Made by a program: the position numbers and the translations under genes
In this document: positions 8,830 to 17,124 of the stretch, piece after piece
How positions within the stretch are numbered: the stretch's first letter is position 1
Layout of the letters: each line of letters opens with the position of its first letter
From: an uncultured Weeksellaceae bacterium
GTDB taxonomy: Bacteria > Bacteroidota > Bacteroidia > Flavobacteriales_D > CAYVSK01
Direction of reading: 5' to 3'
DNA: 64,000 nucleotides
Assembly (NCBI GenBank): GCA_964537825.1
Contig: CAZIDL010000002.1
Span: forward strand, 48,628-112,627
Notes under the pieces: generated by a model
Told to the model about the DNA's origin: nothing
Databases searched by the model: none
Seen by the model: the letters and a program-made list of their open reading frames with translations, nothing else

Positions 8830-10901
8830 GAGTTGTTCTTTGCTGCTTCCTTGTCACCATTCCGGTTTTCCAGCAATTCCTGAAGGCGGTACATTTCGTC
8901 CCGAAGGGAAGCCGCCTGCATGAAATCCAAGTCCTGAGCGGCTTTTTCCATCGATCTGCGGGTCTCTTCGATGCTTTTGCGCAATTGGGCTTCGCTCATG
9001 TACTCCACCACCGGATCTGCGGCCATACCCGCCTCATTATCAGGGCCGGCATAAGCCTTGGCCGGTTTTTGTTCCATCCCCTCTGAGCGGTCGGCTTGTT
9101 CGATCCCGGACCCGTCCAGCATCCCCTCCTTGGACTTGCGAACATCCTGCGGGGTGATCCCGTGTTCTTCGTTGTAAGCGATCTGTTTGCGGCGCCTCCT
9201 TTCCGTCTCCTCGATGGTCCGCTGCATCGATCCGGTGATCTTATCAGCGTACATGACCACCTTCCCGTTCACATTCCTCGCGGCTCTACCAGCAGTTTGC
9301 GTAAGCGACCGTTCCGAGCGAAGAAAACCTTCCTTATCGGCGTCGAGGATGGCCACAAGGGATACTTCAGGGAGATCCAGGCCTTCGCGGAGCAGGTTAA
9401 CGCCGATGAGCACATCGAATTCTCCGTTCCGGAGTTGCCGTAGGATCTCCACCCTTTCGATGGTATCTACGTCCGAATGGATGTAGCGGCAACGAACGGA
9501 CATCTTGTCCATATGTTCGGTAAGCTCTTCGGCCATCCGTTTGGTAAGGGTCGTCACGAGGATACGTTCTCCCTGATCCGCACGGGATGCAACTTCTTCG
9601 AGCAGGTCGTCGATCTGTCCTTGCGTCGGGCGTACTTCGATCTCCGGATCGAGAACGCCGGTAGGGCGGATCAATTGTTCCACCAAGACCCCTCCTGACT
9701 CCTGAAGCTCGAATTCCGCAGGCGTTGCGCTCACATAGATGACCTGTTTCACCAAGCTCCGGAACTCCTCGAACTTTAAGGGGCGATTGTCCAATGCAGC
9801 GGGCAATCGGAAGCCGTACTCGACGAGGTTCTTTTTCCGGGAACGGTCCCCCCCGTACATGCCGTCGATCTGAGGCACGGTGACGTGGCTCTCATCGATG
9901 ACCATCAGAAAGTCAGAAGGAAAATAATCGAGCAAGCAGAAAGGACGCTGACCGGGCCTCCTCCGATCAAAATAGCGGGAATAGTTCTCGATACCGGGGC
10001 AATACCCTAATTCCTGGAGCATTTCAAGATCGTAGTTAACCCGCTCTTCCAGACGCTTGGCCTCGATGTCGCGCCCCTCCTTTTTGAACTCGTCAACCCG
10101 CTCTCCAAGATCCTCCCGGATCTCCTGCATGGCCCTATGCATCGTGTCCTTGCTCGTCACGAAAACGTTCGCGGGATATATCTGAACGTGCTCCATCCCC
10201 TGGTACGTATTCCCGGTAGTGGGATCGAAGGATTCGATCTCTTCGATCTCATCGCCCCAAAAAAAGACCCGGATCCCGTGGTCAGCATAGGCGAGATGGA
10301 TATCCACCGTATCGCCCTGCACCCTGAAATACCCGCGTTGAAGTTCGTCCTTGCTCCTTGCATAAAGGCCTTCTACCAAGTCGCGAAGGAATTTGTTCCG
10401 GGGGTAGTTCATTCCCACTTCTAAGTCGATAACGTTCTTGTGGAATTCCTCGGGATTTCCGATCCCATATATACATGATACCGACGACACCACGATAACG
10501 TCCCTCCTGCCTGAGAGCAAAGCAGAGGTAGCACTCAGACGGAGCTTCTCGATCTCATCGTTGATCGAAAGGTCCTTTTCGATGTACGTATCGTTGGTGG
10601 GAATGTAGGCCTCAGGCTGATAGTAATCGTAATAGGAGACGAAATATTCCACAGCGTTGTGTGGAAAGAATTGCTTGAACTCACTATATAGTTGGGCTGC
10701 CAAGGTTTTGTTGTGGGACAGGACCAAGGTGGGGCGCTGCACGTTCTCCACGACATTGGCCACGGTAAAGGTCTTTCCACTTCCCGTCACACCGAGCAGA
10801 GTCTGTGCTTTGTCGCCATTCCTGACGCCTTCTGAAAGCTCTTCGATGGCACGGGGTTGATCCCCGGTCGGTTCGTAATCCGATACGATGCGCAATTCCA
10901 T
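8826..10901 (-). CDS. uvrB: Excinuclease ABC subunit B
   Basis: N-terminus [16 protein letters not shown], Walker [11 protein letters not shown], the helicase motifs and the C-terminal UVR domain ([11 protein letters not shown]) are all present. Length is 691 aa. Confidence 0.98.
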   Translation of the reverse strand: MELRIVSDYEPTGDQPRAIEELSEGVRNGDKAQTLLGVTGSGKTFTVANVVENVQRPTLVLSHNKTLAAQLYSEFKQFFPHNAVEYFVSYYDYYQPEAYIPTNDTYIEKDLSINDEIEKLRLSATSALLSGRRDVIVVSSVSCIYGIGNPEEFHKNVIDLEVGMNYPRNKFLRDLVEGLYARSKDELQRGYFRVQGDTVDIHLAYADHGIRVFFWGDEIEEIESFDPTTGNTYQGMEHVQIYPANVFVTSKDTMHRAMQEIREDLGERVDEFKKEGRDIEAKRLEERVNYDLEMLQELGYCPGIENYSRYFDRRRPGQRPFCLLDYFPSDFLMVIDESHVTVPQIDGMYGGDRSRKKNLVEYGFRLPAALDNRPLKFEEFRSLVKQVIYVSATPAEFELQESGGVLVEQLIRPTGVLDPEIEVRPTQGQIDDLLEEVASRADQGERILVTTLTKRMAEELTEHMDKMSVRCRYIHSDVDTIERVEILRQLRNGEFDVLIGVNLLREGLDLPEVSLVAILDADKEGFLRSERSLTQTAGRAARNVNGKVVMYADKITGSMQRTIEETERRRRKQIAYNEEHGITPQDVRKSKEGMLDGSGIEQADRSEGMEQKPAKAYAGPDNEAGMAADPVVEYMSEAQLRKSIEETRRSMEKAAQDLDFMQAASLRDEMYRLQELLENRNGDKEAAKNNS

Positions 10902-10908
10902 ATTCTTA

Positions 10909-10916
10909 CAAAAATA
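10909..10916 (-). promoter_or_regulatory. -7 promoter box TATTTTTG, 7 nt upstream of the uvrB ATG
   Basis: The plus strand reads CAAAAATA, a perfect TAnnTTTG on the minus strand. Confidence 0.5.
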
Positions 10917-10952
10917 GCGATATTCGAAAGGGATAGAGGCTTTCAGGATCCT

Positions 10953-11123
10953 ATGAGGACACTATTGAAGAAGTTCCTTGCTTACCTTGACCTACGGAAC
11001 CTTTTCCGCAAGAAAAAGGCGCCTAAGAACCTGAATCTACGCTTCATGCATGGGATCAACCGGATCTCGATCCTCATGTTCCTGATCTGCCTCATCATCA
11101 TGCTCTATCGAGCGATCTGGTAA
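10953..11123 (+). CDS. Small membrane protein (56 aa), function unknown
   Basis: An internal ATG in the 88-aa ORF avoids overlap with the uvrB 5' end. The product has a basic N-terminus and one hydrophobic helix ([15 protein letters not shown]). Confidence 0.5.
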   Translation: MRTLLKKFLAYLDLRNLFRKKKAPKNLNLRFMHGINRISILMFLICLIIMLYRAIW

Positions 11124-11128
11124 CCATT

Positions 11129-11380
11129 ATGACGGAACAGGAGTTCAAGAACATGCCCTTCCTCAAGCGTTTCAATTGCCTGAGAACGAATGGGGAACAT
11201 GTATCATCGAGGACCTTTGGAGGGTACGAGGTACACCTTTATATTTACGAAGGGCTTTACATTGAAGTGTGGAGTTATATGGCCCTGAAACAGGTCATTT
11301 GGATCGAACCATTGCGGAACCCTGCAGCATGGAAAGAATACCTGGACAATATCGAGTTACCGGATGACCCGATGCGATGA
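11129..11380 (+). CDS. Hypothetical protein (83 aa)
   Basis: Clean ORF in a co-directional gene string. I recognise no motif. Confidence 0.5.
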   Translation: MTEQEFKNMPFLKRFNCLRTNGEHVSSRTFGGYEVHLYIYEGLYIEVWSYMALKQVIWIEPLRNPAAWKEYLDNIELPDDPMR

Positions 11381-11442
11381 ACCTCTACCCCCCTTTCAGG
11401 AAAGCATCTGATCATGCTAAAAAAAGGGATCTTCGATCTTTT

Positions 11443-11450
11443 TATATTTG
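11443..11450 (+). promoter_or_regulatory. -7 promoter box TATATTTG, 7 nt upstream of the ATG at 11458
   Basis: Perfect TAnnTTTG. It supports the internal start of the beta-barrel gene. Confidence 0.5.
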
Positions 11451-11457
11451 CTCACAG

Positions 11458-12396
11458 ATGATGCGTAATACTTGGATCTTCATTCTCCCTTTCCTATTCG
11501 TCTGTAGCTCCCTGCAGGCTCAATATTACTGGGATGCAGGAGTGCGATTAGGAGGATCGAACTATCTTGGCGAAATGGGGGGAGAGGACCAGCCCCGGCG
11601 CGATTTCGTGGCCGACATGAAGTTGGGTCAGACCAACTTCCTAGCGGGTGCTTTCCTACGCTACAAGTTGAACAGCCTGTTCTCCTTCCAGCTCGACTTT
11701 AATTATGGAAGGATCCAGGGAGCTGACAGCCTGTCGAGTTACGGCCCAAGGGTCGGACGGAACCTAAGTTTTCGCAACGATATCAAAGAGCTTGCTCTAA
11801 AGACTCAGGTCTTCTTCTACAACGTTTACGATGTAGGAAGGACCGGCCGCTACATCCTTGCCTTTAGAAGTTATGCTTTTATCGGAGGTGCGGTCTTCCA
11901 CCATAGCCCCAAAGCCTATTACAAGGGCGAATGGCACAAGCTGCGACCGCTTAAAACGGAAGGCCAGTCCGAACCGTATCCGAAGTTCAATTTTTCCATC
12001 CCGAAAGGGGTCGGCTTTTACTTCACGTACAAAAAGCAATATCGCTTCGGATGGGAATTCGGCTGGCGGACGACCTTTACGGATTACTTGGACGATGCGA
12101 GTACGACCTATCCAGAAGAGGACCAGCTGGACAGTGAGATGGCGAAAAAGTTATCCGACCGGAGCAACGGAGCCTATAACGACCCCGCTAACTCCAAGGA
12201 GGACCTTCCTCCTCAGGAGAATTATACCACTGCGGGTAGTCCGCGGGGCGATCCGAGTCACAACGACTCCTACATTTTCACTTCCATCAACTTCAGCTAC
12301 GTCTTTCGTGGAAAGAGCAATTTCTACCAGTCCCGTTACGGTTGGCTGAACCGTCAACGCCGCTTGCTTCAACGGAAGACGCGGACCAAGTTCTGA
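11458..12396 (+). CDS. Outer-membrane beta-barrel-like protein (DUF6089-like, unverified)
   Basis: The signal peptide MMRNTWIFILPFLFVCSSLQAQ starts at the internal ATG. The sequence is rich in alternating aromatic and Gly residues and ends in an aromatic residue, as a beta-barrel would. Confidence 0.7.
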   Translation: MMRNTWIFILPFLFVCSSLQAQYYWDAGVRLGGSNYLGEMGGEDQPRRDFVADMKLGQTNFLAGAFLRYKLNSLFSFQLDFNYGRIQGADSLSSYGPRVGRNLSFRNDIKELALKTQVFFYNVYDVGRTGRYILAFRSYAFIGGAVFHHSPKAYYKGEWHKLRPLKTEGQSEPYPKFNFSIPKGVGFYFTYKKQYRFGWEFGWRTTFTDYLDDASTTYPEEDQLDSEMAKKLSDRSNGAYNDPANSKEDLPPQENYTTAGSPRGDPSHNDSYIFTSINFSYVFRGKSNFYQSRYGWLNRQRRLLQRKTRTKF

Positions 12397-12447
12397 TCCG
12401 TCCGGGTCAGCTTCGCTATCTTCGTAGGGTAAGGCAGGTAGTAGGGC

Positions 12448-13704
12448 ATGAAGAAGTTCGACATACCCGGTCAGTACCGTTCCTCCATCATCGGAGAATT
12501 AAAGCGGGTCCGTCATAAAAAGGACCCGCGCAAAAAGGATTACAGCCCAAGCCATCTCGACTTCGGGCCGGTCCGTTTTCACATCGCACGCCATTTCGGC
12601 TTTTGTTACGGTGTGGAGAATGCGATCGAGATCGCATATAAAACACTCGAAGAACATCCCGATCGACGGATCTACCTTCTCTCCCAGATGATCCACAACC
12701 CTATCGTGAACGAGGACCTGGCTCGAAAGGGAATGCGCTTCATCCAAGATACCCAAGGGAACCGCTTCATAAGTCTGGACGAGCTGACCCCGGAGGACAT
12801 CGTGATCATACCGGCTTTCGGGACCACTGTCGAGACCGAAGAGGAACTGAAAGCCCGCGGGATCGAAGTGAAGAGCTACGATACCACCTGCCCCTTTGTA
12901 ACAGCCGTATGGAAACGCGCGAACAAACTGGGGGATAAGGATCATACCATCGTTATACACGGAAAGCCCGAGCACGAAGAGACCCGTGCCACTTTTTCGC
13001 ACAGCCGCCGGAGTGCCAAGTCAGTTATCGTACGGAACATGGAGGAGACCGAACTTTTAGGGGCCTTTGTAAAAGGAGAACGGCCTCCCCACGAATTCCA
13101 CGAGCGGTTCCGGGGACGCTATTCGGAGGGTTTTGATCCTGAAAAAGACCTCGAACGGGTAGGTGTAGTGAACCAGACCACCATGCTGGCCAGCGAGACC
13201 AAAGCCATTTCCGATCACCTGAAGCAATGCATGGTCGAGCGTTACGGAGAAGATCGGGTAAAGGAGCATTTTGCTGATACCAGCGACACCCTATGCTACG
13301 CCACCAACGATAATCAAAAGGCCACCTTCGGGTTGCTCGACCAAGACGCTGACCTCGCCTTGATCGTAGGGGGATATAACAGCTCCAATACTTCCCACAT
13401 CGTTGAGTTGTGTGAAGAAAAGGTCCCCTCCTATTTCATCCGTTCTTCTGACGAGATCGAAGGGGAGCGGATCCATCACTTCGACATCCACAAAAACCAG
13501 GAGATCAGGACCGATCGTTTTATACCCGATCGGAGACCCGTGGACATCATGCTCACGAGCGGAGCTTCCTGCCCTGACAGTTCCGTGGACGCTGTATTGA
13601 GAAAAGTGCTTGGCTTATTCCCCGACGCGCGGAATGTGGAAGAGGTTCTGGGCGAGCTTCTGGAGGAGGAGGAGCGCCCTTCAGCCGATCAACCCCTCCG
13701 TTAG
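12448..13704 (+). CDS. ispH: 4-hydroxy-3-methylbut-2-enyl diphosphate reductase, long (cyanobacterial/plant-like) form
   Basis: HFGFCYGVENAIEIAY contains the first Fe-S Cys. Also seen: TTCPFV, LCYATNDNQ and GGYNSSNTSH. At 418 aa with an N-terminal extension it is much longer than the ~310 aa of the E. coli type. Confidence 0.92.
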   Translation: MKKFDIPGQYRSSIIGELKRVRHKKDPRKKDYSPSHLDFGPVRFHIARHFGFCYGVENAIEIAYKTLEEHPDRRIYLLSQMIHNPIVNEDLARKGMRFIQDTQGNRFISLDELTPEDIVIIPAFGTTVETEEELKARGIEVKSYDTTCPFVTAVWKRANKLGDKDHTIVIHGKPEHEETRATFSHSRRSAKSVIVRNMEETELLGAFVKGERPPHEFHERFRGRYSEGFDPEKDLERVGVVNQTTMLASETKAISDHLKQCMVERYGEDRVKEHFADTSDTLCYATNDNQKATFGLLDQDADLALIVGGYNSSNTSHIVELCEEKVPSYFIRSSDEIEGERIHHFDIHKNQEIRTDRFIPDRRPVDIMLTSGASCPDSSVDAVLRKVLGLFPDARNVEEVLGELLEEEERPSADQPLR

Positions 13705-14400
13705 ATCCTTATAAGCTGTTTTCGGGCTTTCATAGAAAAGCTCGAATCTTGCCACCCGATCGATCCGATCCTTCACACCGGAACGCTCGATCACCTTTTG
13801 ATAAGTCCTATAACAGTCGAGCGCTTTTCGAAAGGCTTCAATATCCGCATCGTTCAAAGAGATCGCACATCCGATCTCCGCTTCCATGGATTGACGGACC
13901 GGAAAGGCCTTGCCCGCAAAGGGATCACCCCCTTGGTCCAAAAGGGTATAAAAAGCCAGTCGTTCGAGCGGAAATCCGCCTTCCTCCAGCAGATCCAGAT
14001 AAGCACGTTTAACGACAGCATGGGTCACCAGGTGATCGTGGAATCCACTGATACCATGGACCGGATAGCTGATCAGAATATTGGGCCTTACCTTGCGGAC
14101 GTGATCCTTTATCGCTTGCTCCAGCACCCGTGGATCCAATTCTTTAAGGCCCGAATCAGGAAATCTAAGGACCTCCAGGCTGCTCAATCCCAAAACGTTC
14201 TGTACGTCCAGCATTTCCTGATAGCGAAGCTCCCCCATGGCCTCTTTGCTAAGGTCCATCTCGAAGCGCACCTTCGTGGCCTCACCACGCGTTAACGTGA
14301 GCAGGTGCACCTCATGTCCTTCCTGGATCTGATGGTGCATGGCAGCGGCCGGCCCAAACGATTCGTCATCCGGATGCGGAAATACATAGAGAAAACGCAT
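13681..14400 (-). CDS. PIG-L/LmbE-family deacetylase
   Basis: The N-terminal motif VFPHPDDESFG and the HDH-type motif (SGFHDHLVTH) are present. Length is 239 aa. Confidence 0.85.
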   Translation of the reverse strand: MRFLYVFPHPDDESFGPAAAMHHQIQEGHEVHLLTLTRGEATKVRFEMDLSKEAMGELRYQEMLDVQNVLGLSSLEVLRFPDSGLKELDPRVLEQAIKDHVRKVRPNILISYPVHGISGFHDHLVTHAVVKRAYLDLLEEGGFPLERLAFYTLLDQGGDPFAGKAFPVRQSMEAEIGCAISLNDADIEAFRKALDCYRTYQKVIERSGVKDRIDRVARFELFYESPKTAYKDLTEGLIG

Positions 14401-14410
14401 GGGGACGGAT

Positions 14411-14418
14411 TATCTTTG
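14411..14418 (+). promoter_or_regulatory. -7 promoter box TATCTTTG upstream of corA
   Basis: Perfect TAnnTTTG, 67 nt upstream of the corA ATG and 14 nt upstream of a 29-codon upstream ORF. A second, imperfect box TATCTTTC lies at 14466-14473. Confidence 0.45.
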
Positions 14419-14432
14419 ATACGCTCGAAATT

Positions 14433-14522
14433 ATGAAGCCAAAGCGCATCGTTCGCTTCAAATCCTATCTTTCACCTTTCCAAGAATGTCCCAGAAAAAG
14501 AGAAAGCCACGCAACAACCTGA
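14433..14522 (+). CDS. Possible 29-codon upstream ORF overlapping the corA start (speculative)
   Basis: My translation is MKPKRIVRFKSYLSPFQECPRKRESHATT*. It is out of frame with corA and overlaps the first 37 nt of corA. I have no conservation data. Confidence 0.15.
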   Translation: MKPKRIVRFKSYLSPFQECPRKRESHATT

Positions 14523-15574
14523 AGCGTAGGAAGAAGCTTCAGAACAAAGTGGGAGCCCCTCCTGGGAGCCTGCTCTACGTGGGTGAGGAGAGCGAGGAAG
14601 TGCAGAGCTTCGAGGTTGTGGACTACACGCCCGAAGCTGTACGGGAAGGCCTTGCAAGTGATATCAAAGAGCTGCTCCCTTATCAGTCCACCAACAGCGT
14701 AACCTGGATCAACGTGAACGGATTGGATCAGGTTGAACGGATCGGGGAATTGGGGGAACGCTTCAACCTTCACCCTCTGCTCGTCGAGGACATTCTGAAT
14801 ACGGACCACCGTCCGAAGTTCGAACACCATGGGGACCACCTCTTTTTGACCCTAAAAATGCTTGAGGTCAGGGACGAAAGGATCGAAAGCGAACAGGTCA
14901 GCCTCGTGCTCGGGAATGGATATGTATTGAGCTTTCAAGAACGCAAGGGGGATGTTTTCGACCCGGTCCGGACCCGCCTGCGGAACAAGAAAGGACTGAT
15001 CCGTAACTTAGGCTCCGACCACCTTTTTTATGCCCTTCTTGACGCCCTTGTGGATCATTATTTCCTCGTTATCGATCATATGGACACCCGGATCGAGGAG
15101 CTTGACAGCGCGATCATCAATGACCCGCAAAGCGTTGAGCCTCATGATATCCGCGCCCTCAAGAAGGAAGCAGTCCATCTGCGAAAGAGCATCGCACCGG
15201 TAAGAGAAGCGGTCGGGACGCTCCTGAGCTCCAAAGCAGAGCTTATTTCCGAACGCACCAGCAGGTACTTGCGGGATGTGCACGACCACACCGTGGCGGT
15301 GGTAAGCTCCCTCGAAACCCAGCGGGAACTGGGATCTGACCTCCTCGATACCTACATGTCCCTCCTTTCTGTCCGGATGAACAACATCATGAAAGTATTG
15401 ACCATCATCGCTTCGATCTTCATCCCCTTGACCTTCATCGCAGGGGTCTATGGGATGAACTTCGAGCATATGCCCGAACTGACCAAGCCTTGGGGTTATC
15501 CAGCGGTCCTTGGGACCATGCTCCTTACCGCCTTGGGCATGCTCCTTTATTTCAGGCGGAAAGGTTGGATATGA
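14486..15574 (+). CDS. corA: Magnesium/cobalt transporter CorA
   Basis: The GMN signature (VYGMNFEHMPE) lies between two C-terminal TM helices. Length is 362 aa. Confidence 0.95.
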   Translation: MSQKKRKPRNNLKRRKKLQNKVGAPPGSLLYVGEESEEVQSFEVVDYTPEAVREGLASDIKELLPYQSTNSVTWINVNGLDQVERIGELGERFNLHPLLVEDILNTDHRPKFEHHGDHLFLTLKMLEVRDERIESEQVSLVLGNGYVLSFQERKGDVFDPVRTRLRNKKGLIRNLGSDHLFYALLDALVDHYFLVIDHMDTRIEELDSAIINDPQSVEPHDIRALKKEAVHLRKSIAPVREAVGTLLSSKAELISERTSRYLRDVHDHTVAVVSSLETQRELGSDLLDTYMSLLSVRMNNIMKVLTIIASIFIPLTFIAGVYGMNFEHMPELTKPWGYPAVLGTMLLTALGMLLYFRRKGWI

Positions 15575-15602
15575 GCGTCCGGTGTGAGCTCAAGGGATCT
15601 TG

Positions 15603-15610
15603 TAACTTTG
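15603..15610 (+). promoter_or_regulatory. -7 promoter box TAACTTTG, 16 nt upstream of the ATG at 15627
   Basis: Perfect TAnnTTTG in the 52-nt gap after corA. Confidence 0.45.
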
Positions 15611-15626
15611 TGCCAAAAGCTCCTCT

Positions 15627-16172
15627 ATGCGCGTAATGAAATTTCGTACGCTCCTCGATACGGAGGATGATGTTTTCCGCGACATCGAGATCCCGGAGGA
15701 TGCCACCCTTAAAGACCTGCACGAGCAAATTCAGAGCGCTTTCGGTTTGAGCGGCCAGGAGATGTCCTCTTTCTATTTGAGTGACGATCAATGGGCCAAG
15801 GGGGAAGAATTCCCCCTGATCGACATGGGTGATGAAGAAGAAGGGCAGCGGACCATGGATGATGTTCCGATCGCAGAACTCGTGAGCGGAGAAGGGGATG
15901 ATGAAGAGCTGAAATTGCTCTACGTTTATAATTTCCTCAACATGTGGATCTTCTGTTTGGACCTCGTCAAACGAACAGAAGCTGAGCAGGACAAGGATTA
16001 TCCGCGAGTGGCCATGGCCATTGGAGAACCCCCCCGTGAATCCGCTGATGATATGGATCCGCTCAAAGGCTTGGATACAGGGGAGGAGGAAGATGAAGAG
16101 CGACGGGACCAGAACGGAAGGAGTGAAGGGGACCTCGGGAGCGATGTCGACGATCTCTTCAAAGACCTCTGA
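15627..16172 (+). CDS. pRiA4b ORF-3-like domain protein with acidic C-terminal tail
   Basis: FRTLLDTEDDVFRDIEIPEDATLKDLHEQIQSAFGLSGQEMSSFYL resembles the PRiA4_ORF3 fold signature as I remember it. The tail is Asp/Glu-rich. The 3' end overlaps miaA by 29 nt. Confidence 0.6.
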   Translation: MRVMKFRTLLDTEDDVFRDIEIPEDATLKDLHEQIQSAFGLSGQEMSSFYLSDDQWAKGEEFPLIDMGDEEEGQRTMDDVPIAELVSGEGDDEELKLLYVYNFLNMWIFCLDLVKRTEAEQDKDYPRVAMAIGEPPRESADDMDPLKGLDTGEEEDEERRDQNGRSEGDLGSDVDDLFKDL

Positions 16173-17124
16173 AGGGAAAACACCCCTTTTGGTCGCTATC
16201 GTTGGCCCTACGGCCATCGGGAAGAGTGGCCTCGCAGTGGATATGGCCCACCGTTTCGGGAGCGCAGTGATCAATGCGGATAGCCGCCAATTCTACCGGG
16301 AGATGCGCATTGGTACTGCAAGGCCCAGTACCGAAGAGCTTAGAGGGGTTCCCCATTATTTTATGGGTGATCGCTCGATCGAAGCCCCGCTCACTGCCGG
16401 AGCTTTTGAAAAGGAGGCCATGGAGTTGCTCGAGGAGCTTTTCAGGGAAAAGCCCATCCTCTTTCTGGTCGGTGGCAGTGGGCTCTTTATCGATGCGGTC
16501 CTCGAAGGGTTGGACGACGAACTTCCTCCTCCGGATCCCGAAATACGGGGAGCCCTTGAACAAACCCTGGAGGAAAGTGGTAGCTCCCCATTGCTCGAAG
16601 AATTGAAAGAAAAGGACCCGCATCACTACGATAAGGTGGACCGAGATAATCCACGGAGGCTTATCCGCGCTTTAGAAGTGATCCGTAGCACTGGGCGTCC
16701 TCTTTCTTCTTTTCGCGGAAAGAAAAAAAAGGAGCGCCCCTTCAATATTCTAAAGATCGGACTTTGGACGGAACGGGAAAAACTGAACGAGCGGATCTCG
16801 GAGCGCCTGGACCGGATGTTGCGAGAAGGATTGCTCGATGAGGTCAAAGCGCTGCTTCCCTATCGTGAACATCGACCATTACGTACGGTCGGGTATCAGG
16901 AACTTTTCCCCGTTTTAGAAGGCTCCAAGGATCTCGGAACGGCATGCCGGGAGATCGAAAAGAACACGCGTCATTATGCGAAAAGACAGATGACCTGGTT
17001 CCGAAAAGCGGCGGGGATCGAATGGCATCACCCGGACGAAAGGGAAAAGATCCTGGCACGGATCGAGGAAGCGAGCGGTATCAAAGGCCGACCGGGTCCA
17101 GCTCCTTCGGATACTTCACGGTAA
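16144..17124 (+). CDS. miaA: tRNA dimethylallyltransferase
   Basis: The P-loop VAIVGPTAIGKSGLAV is present, together with INADSRQFYREMRIGTA and YAKRQMTWFR. I chose the internal ATG at 16144 because the ORF-track 5' extension runs through the upstream gene. Confidence 0.93.
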   Translation: MSTISSKTSEGKTPLLVAIVGPTAIGKSGLAVDMAHRFGSAVINADSRQFYREMRIGTARPSTEELRGVPHYFMGDRSIEAPLTAGAFEKEAMELLEELFREKPILFLVGGSGLFIDAVLEGLDDELPPPDPEIRGALEQTLEESGSSPLLEELKEKDPHHYDKVDRDNPRRLIRALEVIRSTGRPLSSFRGKKKKERPFNILKIGLWTEREKLNERISERLDRMLREGLLDEVKALLPYREHRPLRTVGYQELFPVLEGSKDLGTACREIEKNTRHYAKRQMTWFRKAAGIEWHHPDEREKILARIEEASGIKGRPGPAPSDTSR

